NCBI GenBank assembly: GCA_037379345.1 | Contig: CM074514.1 | Location: 16,244,001-16,308,000, forward strand | Direction: 5' to 3' | DNA length: 64,000 bases | Origin: Perna viridis | Taxonomy: Eukaryota | Part shown: piece by piece, positions 25,901 to 37,900 of the stretch | Position numbering within the stretch: position 1 is the first letter of the stretch | Layout: every line of letters begins with the position of its first letter | Made by a program: the position numbers and the translations under genes | The notes under the pieces: model-generated | What the model was told of the DNA's origin: nothing | Seen by the model: only the letters and a program-made list of their open reading frames with translations | Database searches by the model: none

Positions 25901-28900
25901 AGGGCGCGTCTGCAAATGTCATTTGTTCTTCAAAAGCTCAAAAATAAAAAAAAATACATTTGATGAATAATTCATTATTTGAAAAAAAAGAAACACATTC
26001 TTGAAGTATCTGTGGAAAATCAATTAATTGATGATAAGCATGTGATGTTAAAGTACTGGACATTTCCCAAGGTAAATAAACGTTCTTTAGCACCTGAATG
26101 CGTGAAGCCATCAATCACAGGGAAGCTTGGAACGGTAATGACTTTACCCTTATCTTATCTTTCTTCATTCAATCACGCAACAGTCGCAATTAGTCAAAAG
26201 CTCACCAATTACAATACATTTCTTTAGACAATTTCAAGCATTCAAGTGATAGTGACACTTACGACACGTGATGACTTGTGATTCGCCTAACGACAGGAAG
26301 TTACTCTCACGTGAAATAGTTAATTACTGTTAAAAGCAAAATACTAATAAAACAATTATTAGAGGAAGTTATTGTCTCTTTCGTGATGTAAATTGCTCAC
26401 AAATGATGCCAAAAATCTTCAAAGAATGCATAAAGATTTCCGTAGAATGTAGCAGTGTTGTGTAATGATGCTATTCTCTGATTTGACTTGCACCAGGAAT
26501 GCACAATTTCCATGTACAAATAAATAATTAGACTTATTTAAAGTACAAAATTGTACACTTCATTATGCACTCATACAAATAGTGAATACAGAAAAATATA
26601 TGTATAGATAACCTGAAGATACTAGCTCATACCTTTTGGCTTGGGCTTGGGTGAAACGTCAGGGATTTCTGCAAGAAAAAAACACAACATCTTCCAGTTT
26701 ATCAACATTTAAACTCTGTAAAAAGTACGTTTAATTTGTATTGAAAAAGTATCAGTTTCAAGTTAAATAAATTTACATCTTAGAAAGACATCTTTTGTAC
26801 ATTTTTTTTTTGCATCTTTAAGTTCATTAAGAATTAGTAAAAATTGGTTTGTTTTACTCATAATCACATCGACTTGAAAAATGATTCCTTCAGCAAGTGT
26901 ATGCAACATATGTTTGCTTGCGGCGTCACTTTACAAAATTTTACAGTGTGTCAGTAAACACATTTGAAGTCGTTTCACCATGCATTCAATCGCGAATTGA
27001 AAAAGATGCAGTTGCAACGTAAATGAGCATCCAATTGCAAAGACAACTAGATTTGAAAACAAGTACGATTAATTAGTGGATGCTGGGATGTTCTACAGCA
27101 TTCCCTTTTCTTTTGTAAAACAAGTTAGTCTCTGACGTTAGTGCAGTAATCACACAGACGTACAAGTATGTCGGCCTACTAAGAACTTCGGAGCTTCTTA
27201 CCGATAAAATAAAACAAATCATCAGAAGTAATTATCTCTAGGTGAGTAGATTCAGAAGGACTTCTTCCAATGCACAATTTCATCAACGACAAATGTCGAG
27301 GTACATTTACGGGTGAAGTTAGTTACCAGATTTTAAAAGTTGATGTTTAAGTTCAATATAACGTTTACTTGTGAAATAAGACCACAAAACCAAAAGTAGA
27401 TTGTATTATATTTGTCAATACCGCTGATGGACTAATGAATTGGTTGAAAATTCCTCGAACTCTTGTTGCTAATCATAATCATGACAGTTTGGCAGGTATA
27501 TGCAAGCACAAACATCACAATTTTAACAAGAAATCATTTTTTTACATTAAAATCTAGCTGCTTTGCAATTTCCTGAGTTAACATTTTCTTTTTCATAACG
27601 TGATGTGTGTAAGAACTAAATCATAAATTGTCATTCATAACATCTAGTTCAGAAAAAATCTGCAGATTGGTATCCTTCTATAGTAGTTCTTCAAATTCAG
27701 ATTAGAAACGGTACACAAAAATCCCCTAAATGTACATTGTATTTCATCCTTTGTTATTGTCTTGACCGAGTAACTGGTCAACGACGTAAATTGTTTTGTT
27801 TTGATTACTTTCGACTTCATAAAAAATCTTGAAATAGTTTTAATGAACTTCGAAGATAAAACTGCAACTAACAGAAATATCATGATTTTGTAGCAATAGT
27901 GTCCTTCCACAACACTCTTAGGCCATCCAGTGACGTCAATAATAGGATAATTAATTGGAAAGAGTGGATGGCCAAGATATTATCACGAGTGCCGAAGAAC
28001 GCCTAGTTTAACGAGTGTGCGGAACTTGTTCCGTACACGAGTTAAATCCTCAAGCGTTTTTGGCACGAGTGATTATAATATGGTTATTCACGATATCCAA
28101 TTGATTACCCTATTTATTATATAGATTTTATTAATAATTTATCGGTATTTTCAACACGCAATTTTAAACTCTGTGATTGTGACGTTTTTGCGGTAGAAAG
28201 CCCGAGAGTGAAATTACCGAATCTATTTCACAATGTGACTTATCGAAATTTATTACACTGGGAACATTCGATAAAACACTGTTATCTATATAATAAATCT
28301 TTTTATCAAATCTTTAAATTCAGAATGAAGACATTTTTTCTAGAACAACGTCTTTTTGTTAGGTTAACGGACAATAGAAACACGAACAGACTTATAAGAC
28401 GCAGGAACTCGATGAATGAAAAAAGTACGCGAATTTACATGTTATCATAGGTGAAGGATAATAACATATACTAGTCCAAAGTATACTACAATTACAATCA
28501 CTGAATCAAAATGCATGGTAAAATGATTTTAACTTGCATCAGAATATCAGTGGATAGTACATGTATGTGAAAATGACGAAAGCCCCTAAACAGGCATCGA
28601 ATGATGAGTTTTCAACTCCTTTTTGAGACGGTACTACACTATTTGTTTAAATTATATTTGAAACACTCACAGATCTACTTCAAAACATCCAATTCTATCA
28701 TATATATTTTTAAATACACAATGCAACAGGAGTGTATTTCAAATGTTTAAAAGGCGAACGATAAAATTTTGAAGCGACCATACACGTACTTAATAAAATT
28801 CCGAGCATTACTTTAATTCATTTGATTTCAGGAAGAACAATTAATAAATAACGATTTATTCGCTTAAAAGTTCTGTTTCGCATAATAATTTCATATCATG

Positions 28901-31900
28901 ATCAAAGTGCAAAAGCAACAACATCATCATGCATTCTCGTTCTATGAAGAAAACTGCTTTACCATCCTAAGGAATAAATGTAGCGTGCATCATTTCCTAT
29001 TCCCCGCTATTCAATGATCAAGATCATGCTTAAAAGAGACATCCAAACAAGTGCTGGCCGACACACTTATGCAATTAGAACTTCACAGATTGAAAAAACG
29101 TATGTAGCATTAAACGATAAACAGTTAATGATAGAGTCATCAATTATAAAGACAAAACTACTATAAACCCATACGTATGAGGCAGAGTAATTCAAATTCC
29201 TGATATTTGTAGATTTGCTAAATAATTTAAGCCCTCGAAATTATATTAATAAAAATAGGAATCTATGGCACCTACACGTATCTCCATAGCGCTAACCTTA
29301 AATCACCTACATGTATCTCCATAGCACTAATCTTCAAGCCTCATTTGAGTTAAACTTAAATTTTAATTTTGGCAAAGAGTTCTTCAATTTATCAGTTTTT
29401 GGATATGATTTTATGTCATCTTTTTTCTACTTTAATACACCAGGTAATTGTTTTGATGGCATTAAAAAGGAGTAGTACAATTTATGAGTTACTACTAAGA
29501 ATACTTTTAAAGTACGAAGTTGTGCGCTAGTATTTATTGTGTAGGACTCAGATATTTTGAAGACTTGTTAGGCATATACAGACATGTACATATTGAGTCG
29601 TGACAAACTGATTAGACGTCAATATTAGTCATGCTTAAACTATTATCTACAAATTTTAAGTAAACTGTAAAGGTATAATATTTGTTTCGAAATCTGTATA
29701 GTCCATGCCGCACAGATCTGACAAGCAATTACGATAACCAAAGCGCCCATGTGCACGAACTGAAATTCACTAAATCCTAAATTCGCTCATGCGCTCTGAA
29801 AACTAACTCTTATCTCCTTTTCCTTTCTTGTCTGTAGTTCCGTCTGAAACAATAACCAAATATATATCAGATATTGTAATGGTGAGACAAACGCAGAGTA
29901 AACTGTAGATTCTTATACTTTTTATGTTAAGACGTAAGCAAGATGATTGTCTGAATACTCACTAATGCATGGGGCTATCGGAGATTTGCTTTGCTGGTAC
30001 CCATTGGCACACCGGTTACAAGTTAGGCCGGTAACTCCATCTTTACATGGGCATTGTCCAGAAGTCTGGTTACAAGTCTTCCCCAGGGCGCCAACAGGAT
30101 GACAGTCGCATGCTATAAGATAGAATATAGTTAACTTAACATGTGTTTATTAAAAATTGGGGATCTAGTTAACCTTTTTATTTTATAATACGATATTTTG
30201 TGAATTAAAGTATACAGTAACAGTGGTTAACACAGTAACAAACCAGACTATTGAATAGTGAGCATGTTAAAGTCAATATCTTATGTTACAAACACACTAC
30301 ATGTTGAAGTTTGATTCTGGTAAACATCACCTTAAGTGAAATAACAACAACGATGTCACATCTTGGTGGAATTTATAACGTAATTAAACAACTTTATACA
30401 AAGTCCAATGTATCTTCACGCAAATACGGAAAGGGAAACTACGTGTTAAATACATATTAAATCTATGACCAGCTTCATTATCATATCAAGTTCCTTATTA
30501 CATGAAATTTATATACTTTTTATGTAATTAAGGGTAAAAATTAAATCGTGAAAATGAAGATGAAATGGATCTGCGATATTTATATAACACTGGACGATAT
30601 AATCCAGGACCGGTCAATGTTTTGTATATCATTTCAACATCAAATCCGACTTGGGGTCTCACCTCGGTCTTCAATGAACATTAATTTATTACCGAACTTC
30701 AGAACAGGGAAATATACCATACAAAAGTATGTGAGCTTTGTGTTCTGCATAAATGGTTGCCAAAAAAATTGTAAACTGTATAGGACGCATTACTGTATGA
30801 ATAAGCAATTCATACAGTAATGCGTCCTATACAGTTTACAATTTTTTTGGCAACCATTTATGCAGAACACAAAGCTCACATACTTTTGTATGGTATATTT
30901 CCTGTATACTGTATTTATTACTGGCATTACTGTATGAATTGCTTATTGTCAAAACAGGAAGGCAAAACGTGAAAAATACACTTGACAAGAATTCGGTGTC
31001 GTATCCGATACTGAGTCAGAGTTTAAACTTTTCCTACTAGTTTTACCATCGATAGCTTGTGGTAAGATTCCGGGAGAAACACTGAATTCATTTGTTGTGC
31101 GTCTGTAGACAGCGACATTTTCCTTTATCTTTGAATTTAAAAAAAATCGATATGGACTTACGGAACGAACTTGTTATAAAAAATCCGAGAAAAATGTGTT
31201 GTAGTAAAAAAGAAATGACGGCTAATATACTTCAACCTTGTAGTGTATATAATAAAATCAAGGACTTGTGTGGTTTTGGTGTGTTCATTGTACATTTATC
31301 CAATAATACATTTGCAAGGATATTGATGAAAAAAATACTGGTTCTGCTCGCATGGTTTCAAATTGGCTGCATTAGATTTATACCTTTATCAAACTTCAGG
31401 TTTTATAGATTTATATTCATGTTCTAAAAGTGAAACAGAATGTACCTATTTGTTAAAATTTACTATTTACTTTTATATTAGTTCAGTGTAAGGTTTAAGG
31501 AGGGTAGTAATTAACAATTAAAATCAAACCTAACTGTGAAAACGAACGATCACTTTACCAGTAGCGAAGGTTAAAAGACTTGAACAACTTTACTTGTCAG
31601 ACTTGGAGAGCAATCTTATTTTTTTAATTAGTGTCAAGAATACAAAATGTCCAGTTAAACAACCGAGGATGGGCATAAATTAAAGAAAGTTCAGACATGA
31701 CTGGGAAGGATTCATGGTGGTTCTCTTATCATTTTCACATTTGAAGAAACCAGGTTATATAACCAGATATTGTACAAGGAAACTAAAAAGTCGGAGCACT
31801 GTAAATAACGTGTATTGAGAATTAATTAAAGGTGTGAAAACTGTAATCTAGATTCGATGTCAATGTTTACACAATAGAAATTCCACTGAGGAGGTCTAAT

Positions 31901-34900
31901 TCAGCGGTTAATCTGAAAATTTTCAAGTAGCAATATTATCGTTAATGAAACATGCGTTCATCAAACCATGATATTTATTTGAAAAGAAATCTTTGTCCAA
32001 TTTCTCAATATGGGTTTAGGTGTAAACCTCTTCAGTTTAGTTCTCAAGCCACTGGTTTCTATATAAGCTGGTTTCTTTGGTTGATGACAAAGGTAGAAAT
32101 GCCTTAAATCTCCTCGTTCCATGCAATGTCACACCAAGATTAAGACGTGGATGGTGTTTATACAAATATATAAATACCTTCCATGAATTACTGTTGGGTG
32201 ATATAATATCATTCAATAAAATGACTTGGATTTTTTTGTTTTCTACAAATCTAACACATGTTTTAGTATGATTTATCTCAATAAATTGATTAAATCGTTA
32301 AAATTTATAAACCAATGAATAGCATGAATCTAGATGATGATAAATATATTGTAGCAGTTTCAAATGCACACGATATGCTCGTCATAAGACTGTTCAGGTT
32401 TCTAACGAAGTATTTCACCTTACAACAATGTTTCCTTAGTCGTGTGTTGAAATAAGCAGAAAAAATGATAATTACATTAATCCCTTAAACCTTTTGATTC
32501 ACAAGTTCACGCGCTTGTGCATCGCAAATACATCTTTGAGCTTTCATACAATGATGACAGTATTATCTTAAAGGCTAATATAGAATTTACATCAAAATGT
32601 TCTTGAGATAAAAAAAAAACTTGTTTGCTAAACTCGAATAATCACTGTCAAATTTCGTAACAATTATATAGCTTTACATATGTAAAACTATGATTCCAAG
32701 TAACATAAACATCATAAAACTTCACAGTGGTACAATCATTTTTTTTAAAGTACAAAAATACTCCCAAAATATTTTTCTCATTAATCATAATGTGAAAATC
32801 ATCTGTTGAAAAAAAAACTATCTTCTGGTGTTTTATTTCAAGAATGTTCTACTGAAGCTATCGTCATATTGTGTTGACACGATATCAAAACACTTCATAA
32901 CATTACATGTCAAAAATACAAAGAAAAGGAAACCAATTTTGTACAAATGGTGGGTTGGAACATGTGTCAAAATGTAAAGATGAGAAATCCTCTAGGTTGA
33001 ATGAAGTAACGTTCTTTTCAAAATTAAGAACCGTATGGTTTTAATTAGTTTTACTTTTAAAATATTTATACGAGAAGACCTAATATTATTTGTTTGCAGT
33101 ATATATATAAGTTTTCAAGAAAACAGTATACATGTACATTCTAAAACCATATTACCATTGGTTTGGCCTTTAAGAATATAAATGCACATACACATATAGA
33201 ATTATATTAGGGACTCTTAGAAGTTTTCTGAACAAATATAAAACTCAATCAATAGGAACATTAATTTCAAGTTTAAATTTAGTTAAGTAAAAATGAATGA
33301 AAGAATTTTACGACAGGGTGTAACTTTTGATAACACAGATTTACCATTACCATAGTAACGCGACGTTGTAGCACGGGTTTACAAAGAACTAGACTTACAG
33401 AAGAAATGTAACATATATCCATCGCTAAAGACTACATTGTACCAATAACACAATATCAGTTAGTGCATTTTTATACTACACTGAGTAAAGTTTCACTGAA
33501 GTTCGTCGAATGATTTAAGACAATATCGTGTGTGAATTGCAGTATCTGACAGCAAAGATTGATATAATTCCTTCATACCGTCATTAGGGGCTACTTGATC
33601 ATATTATATTTATAGAGGCTATAAATGACTAAATAGTATAAATCCCAGATAAATAGGAACTTCAAAAATAGTTCCTCTATTCCATTTAATGTCTTTTTGG
33701 GGACGTGCATGCATATATAATGTATGTGTTTTACATTTCCAAACACACGAGGTTCCTCTCTCCGCGAATAAACCAGAGCTTTGCAAGCAATCTAAAAGCT
33801 GCACTCCAAATCATATTTTAATTTTAAGCTCATGAGCTTAGCATTTCCAAACAAAACATTTAAATAATTGAAGCTTTAAACAAACACAAGAATTATGAGA
33901 AGTGCAATCATTAGAATTCATGCATTTACTTGTAAATATTGCCTGAAAGATATAGTCACATTTAACATAGACAGACATGTTTTCTTGAATTCTGGAACTA
34001 TCGACCTAGACACAGTACAAAATATAACGCAAAAAAAAAATGTAAGTACCAAATATGAATACTCAAATTGTCAGAAACACAGTTTGAATTGAACAAATAC
34101 AAAGGAAGGTAAGCGGGGTAATAAAATTGCGTGTGAATAGCAGCATGAAAACAGAAAGAAAAATCATTTAAATAAAGATATAAAAACTAACAGAAAACAT
34201 GCATGCAAGTACAAGTACTTCAAGCGTGCAGTTATGTTGTGCTAGAGAAGAGAGGAAGACCCCATACCTCTACAGACTCTTCGATCTGTTATGTGTTTTG
34301 TTGGGTCACGGTAAAAACCCTCTTTACAATAATGACAAAATCTGCCGGCTGTGTTATGTTTACAGCGAAGGCATACTCCACCACTGCTGAATCCAGACAG
34401 CAAATACAGTTCTCTATTGAAGGTACACCGTCTTGCATGCAAATTACAGTTACATGCTGAAAGAGAAAAGGACATATGGAAGATAAGTGTTTACTATGTT
34501 CCTACCTTTGCATGCTTTCCTGTGCGTTATAGGCTTGTTGGAATCACGATAAAATCCTTCACGACAATAGTGGCAGTTCCTGCCTGCCGTATTATGTCGA
34601 CATTTCAAGCATACCCCTCCACTTGTATAACCCGACAATGTGTACAGCTCCATATTAAAGCGACACCTGCGAGCATGAAGGTTACAGTTGCAAGCTGAAA
34701 AAACAAAATACTGTTAAAATTCAATCAAGATGGAAAATCAAAATACATGTGAATCTCCATAATTTATCTTTAAATCATATTTACGTTCATTTTCTACACG
34801 CCTGTAATTCAATTTACGTTAGTTATTTATATATTTAACAAGAACACATCAAATTTTACAAGTACTGATAGCATTCCTAAATCAATCTTAACATAAAATA

Positions 34901-37900
34901 GTCATTTATAATAATTGAAATGGCCAATGCAGAAAACAGTTTGGGTCATTTTTTAAAGTGAAAAAGTAAAAAGGTTCTTATTTTCGAACTATCCTTCTAT
35001 TCAGGTACATGTACGATTTTATTTTTATGCAGTAACTTCTTCTCATTTTGCATGGAATTGTGATAACTGCTAAATAAGTATATTTATGGCATATTTGAGG
35101 CAAAGGACCAAATCTTGTATCAATTCAACAGAGCCAATGAATCGTAAAGGTACATGAATAGGTGAACACCTGGGCTGACACCACATGGACTATTTAGGAG
35201 AACTTATTATATCTTCAATGATAATGTTAACACGTATGATTTATTTCTTAAATTAAATATTATTTACACAAATATAAAACAATGAATAGTACGCGACATG
35301 TATCTATTATTTCTATGCTTTAAACTATTACATTTTGAGATGGGACACAAACGGGGTTTTACATGTAAAGGCGAAAGCTCCTTTGACCTATGGTTGGTCA
35401 AATGATACTTCCATGAATTTTTTTTATTTTGTTGATCAGGAGCCTATTTTATTTTTCTTGTTTTAAAATATTCTTGCGAGTTTATTTAATTTCTAATTTA
35501 CAGTATTCCAAGCTATCAAATGAATCTGTTAGGCCACCAGAGAACACAAACTCGAGGATCTCATATACAATATATACGTTCAACCATCTAAATGGGTCAA
35601 ACTACAAGATTCTTGGCAATATACCCCTATATACATGTTATGGAAAAGTAAACGATAATTAGAATTTTAAGATCAAACGGACCTCGATCTTATTCACGGG
35701 AGGTAATTCTGGGTATCAAATTACAATTAATGTCCCCGTATCATAGCCATTCGTCATCTTATAAGAGAAATTGACTATTGTCAAGGGATGGATTCTTTTT
35801 AATTGTACTAAATCAGACGATCATTACAGATACTTTTACAACTTAGCGTATGAATAATCAAGATAGTTTTAACTAAATGACCTTTCCAGGCTCATAAAAC
35901 GGATCGGGTAGCATCCTACCTCTCCACAAAAGAAAAGTCTTCCAACCCAATAGCGTGAGAGAATGATGCATAATATAGATTGAAGTTACCTTACACAATT
36001 GTCACAAAAATAATCCATTGTTTTACTTCGTTAGTTATTTTACAAATCTTAAATTATGTTTTTAGTTAATTTATCTATTTGATACATTATACAATTATTT
36101 CTATAAAGAACAAAAGTATCTTTGGATTGCCATTTTAAAAAAAAACAACTTTTTTTTTTTGAAGTTTTATCTCTGCAAGCGAATAACACTTTGGTCACGT
36201 ATACTACAGTACACTACCGACATCATTCATCATCTAGTAGTCATACAAGTACCTTAAACGGCTACAGAAAGTACATATATCCATGAACTAAGTACATGTA
36301 GTATCTTGAAAGAAACAAAACAATGAATATTGATACGTTTTATGTGAGTCGTTTATTATATTTTTCAGTTATAATTCAACTTTCCTGTTTTTGTAGACAA
36401 CAGGAGTGCAATGGAAAGTGTAACTCTCATTTATAAATTTAAAAAAAACAATGTCAAAAATATTATGTTTGGGTGTGTATTACGGAAGAATTTTATTAGG
36501 AATTTACGATTAATCGATGATTCAATACCTAACACAACGCTGCTGGAATTACGGGTTATTTCTATAATCCTCAACATGATTGATTTCGAAATAAGTCATT
36601 TGGACCGTTGTCTTAAAAAAAAACTGCTCCACTTTGTCGCCTAACTTAGCAGGTACAATACCACAAATTGTGAAAGTAAACAGATAATGACGTTTTTATG
36701 ACCAATTTATTTTACGCGATTGTTAACCTTTCTAACAAGTACAATACAAGTATTACGTTAAAACTTTATTTTGTACATGTATAAAATAAAAAAAAAAAAA
36801 AAAAACAAATGTGGAAGAGAAATAACTGTTTATGATTGGACAGTTTTGTTGTTATTTTTCATTTGAGATCAGATTTATTTGGTAAGCTTGGTATATGTTT
36901 AAAACCTTAACATTTTTTACATAACGAATGTACAATATAAACGTATCAGTTTTTAAACTACTGTTTTTTAAAATGTACGAAAAAATTGCGCTGAGAATGA
37001 TGTATTTCATGCCCACTGATTTCTGCAGGTATAGTATAGACACCTATCAGATGTTTATCATTGTAAATCTAGCTTTTGTTATCGGCATGCACTTGAATAT
37101 AATTTTTTGTTTGAAAATTTAATTATTCAGATTTTACACGGATAAGACAACCTGGGTAATAACCCACCTAAGGAAAGTAATTTGTGACAAGAATATGACT
37201 ATTATAGCCTGCTGTTTTCTTTAAAAGCAGCGTTTTAACAGAACATGGCTTTATAATAAACAAAATTGAGCATGAAATATGACCTGAACCGCATCTTTAG
37301 GAGAGAAATTATATCGTTTTGTATCTCTCAATGGGACTTTTTTTTTTAACGTACAGAGTTATCAAAATGGAAAGTCTAGAAAATGAAGGACTTTTTCATT
37401 CAAATCAATGTTGTTACCGTATTAATTTTCAATTAAACGATAAAAAAGTCACATTTTGATGTGATTAAATGCAAATGTAAAAACATTTTCCTATAAGGTA
37501 AACTGAAATATCTACAAGATCGCAATTAATTCAAATAGATGTGCTGTAAAGTGTTCATAATTGTACATCATGGAATTACAGCTTCAATAATGGATGTTAG
37601 AAAAGTGTCAGAACAATTTAATGTCCAGTATTTTTTTCAGGTGGGTGAAAATCACCACATGATCGGCCTACACTTACAATGCTAATATGCGTGACCGTGT
37701 TTATTGTAGTAATTCGTCCCGTAATTACACATCATAGTTCATCTATAAAAATAGTAAGCACAATTATTGAAATTTGTATTGAAGTTATAAACAGTAACTA
37801 TCTGCTCAATGGCAAGTAACCTTTCCCCACAAAAGGTAGAGAATGATAGAAACCAACACGTTTTCCTTATGCTATGTTTGTGTACCAGTGCAGTAAGGAT

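Noticed and set aside
34140-34241. A third LE2-like exon after the AG at 34243-34242
   Set aside because: Its translation ([16 protein letters not shown]…) lacks the LE cysteine pattern and soon reaches a stop.
34268-34694. Exon duplication as an assembly or haplotype artefact
   Set aside because: The copies differ at 16/63 aa and most synonymous sites, and the flanking intron sequence is not duplicated.
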